DNA from: Adineta vaga
Lineage: Eukaryota; Animalia; Rotifera
Direction: 5' to 3'
Length of the DNA stretch: 64,000 nucleotides
NCBI GenBank assembly: GCA_021613535.1
Contig: CP075494.1
Span: forward strand, 4,154,001 to 4,218,000
Made by a program: the position numbers and the translations under genes. Under the pieces are notes generated by a model. That model did no database searches. It worked only from the letters and a program-made list of their open reading frames with translations, and was not told the DNA's origin. This document shows positions 26,803 to 39,268 of this stretch, in pieces (positions within the stretch are counted from its first letter, which is position 1; the number at the start of each line of letters is the position of its first letter).

Positions 26803-27168
26803 TATTGAACTGGTTCACGTTGTATTGTCTTGCTTCCTAATTAGAATAAACAATATAGAAACTCTTGATGATAAGTAAAATCGAATGCGTTAACTGTTGC
26901 ATATCAGTGAGAGAGAAAGAAATCAGCCACACTCACAAGACTGAAGATTATTATACTTCAGACACTTTTTCTTTCGATTTAGGATTAAATATCAAACTCA
27001 TCGTATTCAATAGAGAGATAAATCATCATAATTAACTTGCCATTTTAGGAGTTGTCCAAAGTACTGTTCATATTGCCCGTTTACAAAAAAAATGTAACAT
27101 ATTTCGTAAACACAATTTATTTTAGTTTATATAATAGTCTAATTAGTTTGGGAGCAAATGAGATATAG

Positions 27169-27227
27169 AGGGTGTTGGTGTGGGTGTGGATTAATAGTAT
27201 AGCCTTACGCATCCACACCAACACCCT
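27169..27227. repeat. Short inverted repeat built from telomere-like GGTGT(G/T) units
   Basis: agggtgttggtgtgggtgtg ... cgcatccacaccaacaccct form arms matching at 18/20 positions. Confidence 0.7.
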
Positions 27228-28156
27228 AGATTCGCCGTCTCATTCTGCATCGATTTATGTACTATTTAAATTGATTTTGCAATGGGTCGATTTACGGTCT
27301 TATACGTCTCGTCCTTTAATATAAATTAAAAATTGCTTTTTGTATTTTCTCATTCATTTTTATAAATTTATTTTTGATAGTTATGTCATTACAAAACAGC
27401 GATAGTAGTACTAATGTATAAGTGGGTAACGAAGTGAGTAAATACTTTTCTCTGGTACCTACTCGCGAATGAAAGTCACACGACATTAGAGATAAGCTTT
27501 GAAGTAATGCAGCTGTGCCATAGTTACAATTAATTGTTTTCTCATGTTATAAATTAAAAAAGGATTATGTGAGTAGCGAAGAACATAAGAAAAATATATA
27601 GTTAAAATAAATTGAAAATTTGAATCGGTTACAGGTAAGCTTCAAAAAAGATGATTTTATTCACATAAGAATGCTATGCGTTGCCAGTATGTAAGTATAT
27701 TCAAGATCTAGTTAATTGAGTAATACATCATTTGATATTTATCGCATTAATTCAATAGAAGTCAAAATGCTGCAATACCCATCCTGATATCCTAAAAGCC
27801 CGAACTCGCTAATTTGATAAAAGGTTTTCAAAACTAAGGAAGTTAAATCTATAGACCGTTCTTCAAATTCACGAATTCCATATTTATAGTAGATAGTTAT
27901 AGGTATTGTGACATCCTTCAATTCTACTGAATTAACGGAATAAATATTAACTGAAAGATACCTAATTCACGCTCTAAAGATGTATAAATGTCAGCAATTT
28001 TCTTTGTAGATTCTATAACTTTTATATAGATTAGGCTCAAATCTAATTCAAGTTCTTTCAAGAGAACTAGACTGAAGTCTTGAACGAAAAGTGTCTCGTA
28101 TATTACAATATCAGTCGTAATAGAACTACTAACATTTTTTTAGTGGTACTTTCGAA

Positions 28157-30682
28157 ATGAAAATAATTTATTCATTATTATCCATTCTGTTCATAAAAAC
28201 ATCTTTTGGTGATGTATCTTATACTTGGACGTACACTTTTGATGCCAGTTCGACCATCCAGAATCCATTGAAAGGCTTTGTTCCTTACTATTATGGAACA
28301 AACTCGCAGCCTGCTGTCAATTTTCCGCATTCTATGGAAAATCAATACTTTCCAATGAAAAGTTTAATGGTTGGTCCAAACTCGTTTGATTTTTCTGCAA
28401 TCGATACTGTTTTGGTCAACGTTGCAAACAGAAATCACCACGCTATTGTCCGAGTATATGTTGATTATCCTGGAAGAAATTTAAGTGTATCACTACCAGA
28501 TTTTCTTTGGAATGGGCTTACGTACGAATTTCTTTTGTCAATGATCCATTAAAAAAACTATTTGAATTAATTTTATAGAATATACTCTGGAGCTTCGGGC
28601 CAAGGACTTTTTCCTGATTATAATAATGAAACTCTGATCAATGCTATGGTCACTCTAATTCACGCGTTAGGTCCGTTCTTGTACAAATATCTCTCATTTT
28701 TATCACATTTTTTAGGGCAAAAATATGATGGAGATAACAGAATTGGTTTTTGGCAAGTAGGTTTTCTTGGCCACTGGGGTGAATGGCATACCTATCCTAA
28801 TGCAAGTAATTTTGCTTCAACCGCTTACCAAAATCAAATTCTCTCTGCCTTTAATTCTTCTTTTACGAAAACAAAATTTCAACTTCGTTATTTTCATGTC
28901 ACTGGAAACAACAATGCGACAAGCTGGAATGTAGGATTTCATGATGATTCTTTCTTTCAAGATACTTATGGCGAAGCTTGGATGTTCTATGAAAGGAGTG
29001 TATCAGTAGGAGCCGATGTTCAATGGAGAAATCAGGTAAGTTTTACTTTGATTTTCATTCAGCTTACAAAGATTCATTCTTCATAGCCTATAGGAGGCGA
29101 AGTTCGTCCTGAATTAATGCCTTGTGTATTCGCAAACGATCCTGTAACGGCTTGTCCAAAAATAACTACACTGAAACCATTAAACTGGAGCACTTGTGTA
29201 CAATTGACTCACTCTTCTTATCAGTGGCTGTCGTACGCTTTCAAAAATCCTGGCTTTTCTGGATCAGACTATGATAGAGCTATCAATGGATCTATTATAC
29301 AAGGTTATTCCTTCTTCGTTCTGAAATAACTGCAAAAGAGATTACTTGTTCAGGAATGTAAGTTTATATTTTAGTAAAACCTAGTATCCAGGTCATCTAT
29401 TTAAGATATATAGACTGCAGAGTTAGTTTTCTTATGTAGAAATCCAGAAGATTTCTCTAGAAGAGAATATATTTTGAAAATCAAAAAAGACCTTTGCTAC
29501 TGTTTGACAACCATTTTGTGTATACGACTGCAAAAGATTCTTTTAGGTGATGTTTCACAAAAGCACATATACGATACGTTTTTCGCACTTGGACTCAGAG
29601 TGATCTCATATGAAAGACGAGAAGATTTAGGACTATCTTAATCGGATGAATTTCTTTTTTGAACTTACTCTTAGGAGTTTAGAATCTTTATAACAATTCA
29701 GTAACATCAATTTGTTTAGCGAGAAAACTGCAAGCTTAGTCAAGCAAATTGTGCCTAATGTTGTAGAGTCAGAGGCAAACATCCGATCGGTTCCAAAACC
29801 AATGACTATTTTCCAAGAAAGTCCGTCAATCGTTCTCCAGCCCATACCAGTGATAGAAAAAATACTTATAAAGTAGTCATATAAATATAGTATTAGTTCT
29901 TCATGTAAACTATTGATATCGAAAACTCTAAACTAGGTGCTTGAACTTTTTGTCTCTGCTATGTACGTAATACTTCGTGATAGATGTGTACTTTTCGATA
30001 AATGAGTACGAGAAGAAATGTCATTTTACTTTGATTTCGTAATTTATGCATTTCAAAGATAAAACAGCAACACGAAAACACTTTTCTACACAACTAGATG
30101 ACTTATTAAGGTCACTACAGTGCATACTATCAAAAGTTTTCACTTTTATAATGCCCTAATTGTTTTTTATAATCGTTTGTAATAAGATTAGTCAAATTCG
30201 TTAACTATGATTAGTTTTTCTCTAGTTCACATGTTGTGAGAGTCGGTGTTACGATGTTGAACGTCGGCGTTGCACCTTTTTACTATCCACTTATGCTCAA
30301 TACGAAAGCTGTTGATACTACAACCGGAGCTTCCATCTCATCTAAATCAATCTCTGTTCCAATCTCGAATCAACTCGATCAGAAGGCATTTGTTTACTAT
30401 TTCGACATGGTGGTCAATACTAACACAACTATACAGTTCTCCACTTGGCTTAGCAGTCCACATCTTGTTGGAAATCAAACGATTGTGTTTGCTATTTCGG
30501 ATGCTAGTGCTTCAGGGGTTATTCAACTTCCAGCAATATCTATTGGATCTTGTGCGACGATGAGCCTTACTGCTGCTTGCACATCTTACATTGCCAATGC
30601 TAAAGCAAATGGTACTCAAGGTACTACATACACCATCAGTTCCGATTCCAGTGTTTTCAATAACCCGTGCACCATGACTTAG
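28157..30682 (+). CDS. Secreted DUF4832/DUF4874-type clan GH-A glycoside hydrolase, 5 exons, one frameshift
   Basis: Signal peptide; NPLKG, RVYVDYPG, YDGDNRIG, GHWGEWH, GFHDDSF, PIGGEVRP and NVGVAPFYY. Introns 28522-28578, 28671-28715, 29036-29086, 29358-30225. A 1-nt deletion at ~29320. Confidence 0.85.
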
Positions 30683-31009
30683 AGCACCACTTCGAAAGCT
30701 ATTGAAATTGGGAGTGTGTTTAATTAAAATAAATTCATTTAAAATATAATTGAGCAGATGTCGATGATTATAATAATGATAATTAATGCAGTGAGGACGA
30801 GAATGGAAAAATAATAATAATAATATTTATTTATAAATTCTCGACTTTATTTGAAAGTCATCATCAGTTGACAATTATCTAGTATGTCAGATCTTTAAAA
30901 TTAAATATCTAGAATAACAGCTACCAAGATTATTCGAAATTATTTTTCTGAGAATTTTTGGTTGTCTGAATAATAGAAAATTTTATTTTTAAATGAGAAC
31001 AAGCATAAC

Positions 31010-32330
31010 ATATTAATGAGTTGTCGGCAGAGGATTGAGGGTGTGTAAACAGTCGCCATGGCCGGTTTCATCTTCAGCTAGGAAGACTCTTCAGATGGGT
31101 TAAATTTTTTATAATCCAAAGATCAACAAAGTCGACATCTAAGTTTATGTTTATTGCTTGAGATTTACTAAGGAGATTCTTGTTCAACTATATATATGGT
31201 GTTGTTTGAATAAATGGTGCAGAAGGGTAGCGGAATAATGTTAGCTTTTGTAACATGGATCGAACGAGATTTTTGGTAAGATATACAAAGTATACGAAAT
31301 TTGTACATGATTTCCAATTGGATAGTGTTTGTTATATATATATTTCAAAAGTACGAACGTTGTGGTTTATTTCTATAGGTTTGGAAAAAGAAGCAATTTA
31401 CGTTAGTGAAATAGTACAGGTAAGTTTTCGATTTAATCCATAGTTTTATGCAAGAAAAAGTTGGGCAGCGTATGGATCAAGCGAATCGAATGGTGTGGAT
31501 AGACATGTAGTCTCAGTGTCATGTAATTTAATATTTAAATTAAATAAGAAAGAAAGAGAGACGTTTTAAAAGTTTTGTTTGTGTCTATGTTCAGATAGTC
31601 CTTCAGCTGAAATCGTTCATGGAGATGTACAGGAACATTGATCTTTATTATTATCATTAACCGGTAAGTAATCTTAAATATATGATTCGATGATCTATAA
31701 TTACAATACAAAAGAAATCTGTTGGTATTTTTAATAAATTACTTTATATTTTGCTCTATTGTCTCGTTCTTTGATCGTACTTATTTCTTTATCATAGTCC
31801 CAAGCATAATCAATGTAGTACAATGATTGTGGACCAGTAATTAGATCTAAATTAGTTTATAACTTATTATGATTTAACTTCATTCTATATTGTGAACATG
31901 AATATGAATGTAAAAATGAAAAGAAACCTACTGTCATTGGGAAATACTTTTGCACTTGATTTGTCTGAGTGTTTAGTACAGAGTTTTCTTCGTATAATAA
32001 AGATAATTGATAATAGAAATACAAGAGTCGTTAAAATAATAGCAGTAATAACAAACAAATGTTGATATTGATGTAGAATATTCGTAAATGTATTTTTAGT
32101 ATTGATTGATGTTAATTAGACGAATAAGATGATAATAATTGTGGCAGAGTGTGTACAACAGTTGTCTTGGAAAGGGGACAACTTTCAACTAAAGGAGCAA
32201 CGGTAAAATTCACGAATAGTGGCTTAAACTTCATAGTATGCATCAACAATTGCCTTATATATTCATTCATGTTCTTGTTGGTGCGATCAGTATAATTCAT
32301 TCATCTATAAAGACTATAATGATGGCTCTT
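31010..32330 (-). pseudogene. 3' remnant of a single-pass membrane protein gene
   Basis: TM segment HLFVITAIILTTLVFLLSIIFIIRRK followed by short spliced exons containing stops. No upstream part found. Confidence 0.35.
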
Positions 32331-33059
32331 TTTTCGAAACGTATAGTACGAATACATATTGAACAATCAATAATAAATATGATTCAATTTTATAAAAGAT
32401 AAGGTCTTGAAAGTAAAAACTTATTGAAGTGAAAAGAAGAAACAGAACTAAATAAGGGTTACTACAAATTTCTTGTTAATCTTTCTCAAATATTATTTTT
32501 CCATATATTCTGTATAAATTAGAACAAAAAAAGTAGTTGCATAGTGAGAATAATGGAAACCGTCGATGTTGACATAAAATAAAGATACGAGTGTGTTCTG
32601 CGGATTAAGTTTCTAGAGCTAGTTTCAGAATGTTCAAAATCTTGATATCTTCTGCGTATTTTTTTTGTATGTTTCGGAATCCATTGGTTAGTTATTCAAG
32701 AATATAAAGTCATCAAAATTCTGATTGTTGTTTCGTAACAATTCTAAAGAGCATTTTCTGAGTCATGCCTTCTGTGAAATATAGACAAGATCTTTTATAT
32801 CTTGTTAAGATGTAGGTCAAACAGATGATATCTCATGATACTTTTGTACGTTCTGCTGATGACGTCACACATATATCGTATATGTATTTATCCATTCATA
32901 TTAGTCATATATTTACTCCCTTTCTTATATTAGGTTCTTTCCATGTATCATGTGTATTTTCCATACTTCTAGTCTTTCCTTAAATCTATTTAAACCCGAC
33001 ATTCATAAATAAACAGAGTCTTCAATCGTACATAAAATCATATTTCACAATCTTTCTGT

Positions 33060-33380
33060 TTGCGTTGTTTTCCCAGTTACTTAGTTCATGAGTAGCATGT
33101 CGATGAACTTTGTTACCTACGATCAAAGTCATTATTTACGTAAGTATAATGAGTAAATAGTTTGATTTTGTTGTTATTATTTTCTTCTTCTACTTTTGTA
33201 GAAGGATTTTTCGAGAGTATTAATGATGCATTGCACTTCGGTACCTCGATACGTTGTGCAGGATTGTCAGTTCTTGTGTCAATTTGTAACAACTCTGACG
33301 GATAATCTAATACTTCTAGAACGAGACTATTGTGCATGAGAAAAAGTTGTTTTTCATTAAGTATAAAAGACAACAATGAG
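33060..33380 (-). mobile_element. Degenerate Penelope-like (Athena-type) retroelement C-terminal remnant
   Basis: KLFTHYTY and frameshifted TLIVGNKVHRHATHEL resemble recalled C-terminal motifs of bdelloid Athena ORFs. Degenerate CCCACA repeats lie nearby at 33647-33706. Confidence 0.35.
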
Positions 33381-34485
33381 CTGTCAGATATATAATGAGA
33401 GGAGAATTTGTGAAATTAATTGTCGGTAAACGATGAAGGATATCTATAGAAGATTATTATCGAGAAAGAATCGAAAGAAATATACGACTTATCCATTGTA
33501 TAATAACATTAATTTGATATAACGTTTCTCTTGATTGAATACTTCGAATGTTGAGAGTACTGCAATGCATGTGCAAGACGATTATGAATAATATTGACAA
33601 ACATCTTGAGCGTGTGGTTTTGGGTGGTTGAGAATAACATGTGAAACCCACATCCACACCCACACCTATGCCAACATCACCGTCTTCATACATACTCACA
33701 CCCACTTTCATCTCGTTTTCTTACATATGGTTATTTCCAACTTGGTCTGATGTATTTATAGATAAGATTATTTTTCTTTCCTTTTCTTCAACCATCGTTA
33801 AGTTTGTTCTGCAATATATGAAAGTATTTCCTTATGTGTGTTGACTGTCTGGTGAGTCATACTACCGCGGTAATTTCCAACATTGTTGGAAGAATTTCCA
33901 TCGACGAATCATCGATGCAGTCTAGTTGATAAAATATCATGACTCTCAGTGACATATTTATTCTTTCAAACTGCTGAAAACAAGGAAGTATGGTTTGTTT
34001 CTATCATAAACTATTTATATGGTTACATGTTGGACTCTGTACAGTAAGTAAATAACTTAATATCTAGTGTAGCCATAGAGAAGGTCATAGGTAAGTAAGA
34101 TACATTATTTTTATTAGGTACTAGCGAAGGTACCCGATAATGGTCAAGAACCCTCCAGACTGAAACCTTCATATGTCAGAAAACGGCAGAAGACGCACGC
34201 AGGGTTGTCCTTAAAATGTTTAATTTCTACCACAACATATCCTGTCGCGCATATCTAGGATAGAACAACTTATACTATGTAGCATTCCAAATTCATCCGT
34301 CTCCTAACAGTTCCCTCTGCACACGTCATTCATTCTCGTTCAGATCCCCCTCCAAATCTATCTCAACTTTAGTTCGTACCTAAAAGACTTAGACTTCGGG
34401 TTACAATTTCGTCTATCGCGAATATACTCACACCCAACTATTATAGTAACACCTGGGTGAGATTTCACCCACGTCTTCCAACCTA

Positions 34486-35785
34486 CATAGGGTGATCCAA
34501 AAGTGCCCGGAACACCTCCTTTTTTATTGATTAAAGAAACTTAACAAACAACTTATTTCATTAAATGTTCGAAGTACTCGCCCTTGTTAGTTACACAAAG
34601 TTTCATTCGTTCAATCCATTTGTTAAATGTCTTTCGAAACTCATTTTGTGGTATTGCCGGAATCTCCTTGGTTACAGCTTCTTGTAAGCTTTTAGAATCA
34701 GAATAACTACCAATTGATGTTTTAAATAACCAAAATCGCCAAAAGTCTGATGGTGCTAGATCAGGTGAATATGGTGGATGAGGCATCAACATGACTCCTT
34801 CTTGTTGAAGAAATATTTTAACATCTTTTGCTTGATGTGATCTTGCATTGTCATGATGCAATTTGATTGCGTGCAAACCAGATTTTGGTCTTTGTTGTCG
34901 GATATTGTCGAATAAAGGTTTTAGACAATTATCTTCGTAATAAGCACCAGATATCGAGTCACCCTTATCAACCATGTGAATAAGCTCTGGGCCTGTAGTT
35001 CGGAAGAAAACTACAAACATGTTTTTCGCATCGTATTGGCTTCGTCTGACCACCGTTGGTGGACTTGCACCTTCAGAACACCATGCCATATTTGATTGCT
35101 TCGATCCAATACTACGATGGTAGATCCACGTTTCATCATCGGTGACGATATCGCACAATCTCCATTGGCCGGATTCCAGTTTTGCAAGATTCTGTTCACA
35201 AATTTATATTCGTTGTTGCTTCGCTTTTTCTGACCGTTCATGTGGTATCCATCTTGCACATAACTTTTTCAATTTTAATTCATCATGAATAATCCTATTA
35301 ATGGTACCATATGACAAACCAGTCTCAAAGACCATATATCTAATACTAATGTGTGGATTTCCATTAATTAATGCACGAATAACTTCAATATGTTGATCAG
35401 TAGTTTCGGTTACTGGTCGACCAGTTCTTGAATCATCTTCTAATGAAGTTCTACCTTCTTTGAAACATTGCACCCATTCGGCTACTGTATTATAAGATAC
35501 GTAACCATCACCCCATGCATTACACAACTCCTTCTGAATTTGCTTTGCGTTAACACCAAGTTTGAACCTTGTAAAGATATAGAACCGAATATGTGTTTTA
35601 TCCATCTGAAAATACACCATTGAAAATAAAACTGGCTTTAAATTCAGTAGAAGTAAACAAAAATGTCTAATCACGTCAGTTAATAGGTCGATCCTTACAC
35701 TATTCAAATATGAAAAACAAAATCCTCTATTTCGTATAAAAGAGAAAATCGAGAGCAGTTCCGGGAACTTTTGGATCACCCTAAG
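34486..35785 (-). mobile_element. Mariner (DD34D) transposon, full length, transposase inactivated
   Basis: 28-bp TIRs CATAGGGTGATCCAAAAGTGCCCGGAAC with 2 mismatches, TA TSD. WIPHE, DETW, HHDNA and YSPDLAPSD motifs with D34D spacing. In-frame TAA at 35204. Confidence 0.95.
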
Positions 35786-35904
35786 TATATGACCATTCCA
35801 ATCCTCCGCCGACCTTCGATGGAACCTATGCTAGCTATAACAGGGACTGAATCGACAGCGAACAGGCAGCCGAACGAACAAACAAACATTCTTCTTCATA
35901 CATA

Positions 35905-37577
35905 TTAGGTTGTTAAGAAATTTTTTGCGCTTTTCTGACATTTTCTTCTTTATTTGTTTTTCTTTTCTAAGAGAACCAGCCATCAACTATGTATGCATCG
36001 TTGGTATCTATGACTCATCGCCAACGATCTAGGAGGCAAAAGATGCTGCGCTCATGGAAGTCTACAGACCTCTGGGCAAAAAAAGTGATGGTGTCGACTT
36101 TTACGCCCTTCTCTTTGTCGAACTCCTGTCCACGCAAACAGTTTGAGAGAGACCGAAAGAAGTGATATTCTGTTAAAACCAAGTCTGGAGAATAAGGTGG
36201 AAGCGAAATGGTTATTCGAACCAGTTGCATTCATTTTTCGGGAGGTAACTTTTACACGTGAGGGCTCGTACACCCAATAGCAAGAGAATCCCAGTCAATT
36301 ATTCCTCTGATTCCTGCAGAACGCTCTACATCAACGTCTTGGAGTGGGAGTTCACTTTAGGCGTTACAACTCCCGTTTGACCGCTACTAAGGCATTGACA
36401 TCAACGTGTATGATTTACATAGAGGACCCACCTCTTATCTCCAGTAAAGAGACTACGCAGTCATTGATTATTACGATGGAACGTAATGAAATCCATGCAT
36501 GTGTTGGAGCTAATATAGCGACAATTCATGGGGAATTCACACCCCATATTTTCAACTCTTGCCTAACGCGCCCAAGTGTCTTTCTAGCGTAGTATGAGAG
36601 CACTCAAGCTGCTCTACTGAGCACCGTGTCGTTAAGCGTGAATCTTGTTTGATCAGCTGCTCTAAAAATTCGATATCAACTTTTGACCTACGTTCACTCT
36701 AGAAAAAAAGGAGCTTGACCGAACCGTCTAAAAAGGTTTCGTAGATGACAAAAAGCTTCCAAATGATTTAAAATGTCGAAAGAAACCAACATCCAAAACT
36801 ACGAAACCTTAAAGGTTCCGATTTAGTGCCCAGGCGAAGAACCATTGCTTCGAAACCTTTTTAAGTTTTGTGTAGACAGGAAAAAGGTTTGGTAGGATAA
36901 TACAAAACTTTTAGGTTTTCTACGACTCCACAAAGGTTTCGTATCGAACCTCACGATTTTATATGGTTTTATGCGGAACCTTTAAGGTTCGATAAGAAAA
37001 CTTTACGTATTAATTGCAAACCTAAAGATTGTGCATTTTCCTACCGAACCTTTTTTCTGTCTACATAAAACTTAAGAAAGTTTCGGAGCAATGGTTCTTT
37101 TCCTGGGCTCAAAATCGGAACCTGTAAGATTTCGTAGTTTTTTATGTTGGTTTCTTTCGACATTTTAAATCACTTGAAAGCTTTTTTTCATCTACAGAAC
37201 CTTTTTAGAGGGTTCGGTCAAGCTCCTTCTTTTTAGAGTGTTGATCTACGAGCTTATATTTTCTGTTGCGAAAGCGATCAAATCAATATCGCGCCGTACG
37301 GATAGGTATCAAACTTGACCTCATCGTACTGCATATTTGGTTCGTTGGTTCAGTCACTTTGTGACCCAAACCAAATTCATGGAGTAAAAGCGCCAAAATC
37401 TCTCTACGAAAGACGTTCATTTCTGCGCGTTTGCGTGCATCCATATCGGTCGATATACGTTCGTTCGGACGATAGTCACATCCTCTATCTATACCCTTAG
37501 TATCGAAACTACGAGAACTTTCTATAGTGCTGTACGATATTTTTCAAAAAAGCGCAAAAACTTTCTTAAAAACCTAA
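35905..37577 (-). mobile_element. Second, more decayed mariner element
   Basis: TIRs TTAGGTTGTTAAGAAATTTTTTGCGC and their complement, TA TSD. Transposase remnants LLHEFGLGH, IPHEL and PPYSPDL, with many stops. Confidence 0.9.
36695..37240. mobile_element. Palindromic (foldback) MITE, CMC/EnSpm-like, nested in mariner 2
   Basis: 546 bp with CACTCT...AGAGTG termini, 2-bp TT TSD and inverted arms over 200 bp. Splits the transposase N-terminus. Confidence 0.9.
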
Positions 37578-39268
37578 TATATAGACCGATAGAAGATAGA
37601 TGGATGATGCACAGCGGGAAATGAATACTGGTTTGAAAATATTTTATGGTTTTCTACGCTAATATATTACTAGTGATAATTGATTAGTAGAATCTAATTG
37701 TCCGAATTTTTTTAGATGTTGATGCAAGTTCTCATATATCCAAGACACCGATGAATTCAAACATTCCATTGCTATCGAAAGTAAGAAAAAATACCTTCTA
37801 TTCCGTGATGTTGGACATTGCGGAATCACTTCTGAACAGTGCTGCTACCATCTTAAGGATGTGTATCTATATGATGGGGAATATGATGTTGTTGCAAAAG
37901 TATTTTCTTTAAAAGCAAATTAATTTGTGGAACATCAGTGTTAGTGACTATTATTATTATGAAGGTATAGGATTTTGTCATTAGAAATATACAGTCCATA
38001 CCTTCATGATAAATTCCTTTATAAGAGCATCCTTCCTATTCCCAAAAAGTTACACATTCCTGCACAGCCTTCACACCCAGAATCGAGTGCCAGCAATTCC
38101 GGAATACACGAAAACATCATTCACGGCATATACAACCCACTGCCAGGAAATCCTGCACCGATGCACCATCTATATCGATATCATCACACGAACCTCGTGG
38201 TTATTCCAGCCTATTCCAGAATCGAAAGCCCATGTGAGATAAGAAAATCATCGTTTTGAACAATACAGTGGAATTCTGGAGTTCGTGCAGATCCGCAATC
38301 ACCGGGAAATGCAGGAATCCCTGGTCATTGCTGCCTATTCCAGAATTACAACTGCATACTGTATAACCAAATGATCATCTATCATGGATTGATAGTTCTC
38401 AAAAGCGAAGTATTTTATTTGATTGATTTCGCGAAAAGCGAAATTACTATAGCAATCAAAACTGAGTTTGATGCATTTCGAAGATTTCGTATGTACGGAT
38501 GGATGTGGTCCACTGATAGCAAGCGGCTGTTTTAAAGTAATATGGCGCGTATGGGAGATAGGCATTGGATGTCTCGGCTCGTGATGATGTTATATGATGC
38601 CTGTCACGAACCGGAAATAGAAAACTGGATTGGTCAAAACGTTGTTTGCTGCAATGCGCGAGTTTAGTATGTTAAGAGATATCCTCTACCACTCGGTAGC
38701 ATGATCGGATGATCTGAGTTTTAAATTCAGTAGCTCGCGGTGTCTTTCAATAGAGATGTGCAGTGCTGGGTTTGTCCACCGACCGAGCCTTCCGTACACC
38801 CTCACTTACAACAATCTAGAACATACAGAAACTTCAAATGGGTACTGATGTCACCTAAACACTATCTTATGAAGCAGTATTATCCTTTAAAGTATCTACG
38901 TACTTCTATCCTGTAGCTGAACATTGACAAAACAGTTATGACGGTATCGACAGGTATAAACAGAAATTCGTGATCATCGCATATTACTGTAATTCCAGAA
39001 TTGCCAAAAGGAATTGCATATCCATTCTCATGTTAATTCTTATAAATATCTCGATAAATGAAGCATTTCCGGAATAGGATGACTGCTCCTTTATAGCTAT
39101 ACTTCCATCACAAATTCTTATGTAATTCAGCTGTACATCACTATATCATTGATGGAATGCATTGTTGTTTGATTGAATTCTCTAGTCTTTTCAGCGTCTG
39201 TTAATGAGTCTATTGCGATAGTTGAATTTGCCACAAAATCAAATCCCCCATTAGCTCACACAAACACA

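Larger units (their letters stand above)
34121..37600 (-). mobile_element. Non-autonomous Helitron (~0.5 kb core) interrupted by two mariners
   Basis: On the minus strand: 5' TC at 37600 after A, 3' ...CGGGTACCTTCGCTAG at 34121 before T. ACAA microsatellite near the 5' end. No TSD. Confidence 0.6.

Noticed and set aside
19409-30682. Bacterial or fungal contaminant contig, or an operon
   Set aside because: The foreign-like genes are interleaved with intron-containing metazoan genes, share the AT-rich composition, and one has spliceosomal introns.
3-35210. Alternative genetic code or stop-codon readthrough explaining the in-frame stops
   Set aside because: TGA, TAA and TAG all occur, at positions implying different residues and alongside frameshifts. 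Intact genes use standard stops.
36695-37240. CRISPR array or structured ncRNA
   Set aside because: There is no repeat-spacer periodicity. Termini and TSD identify a MITE.
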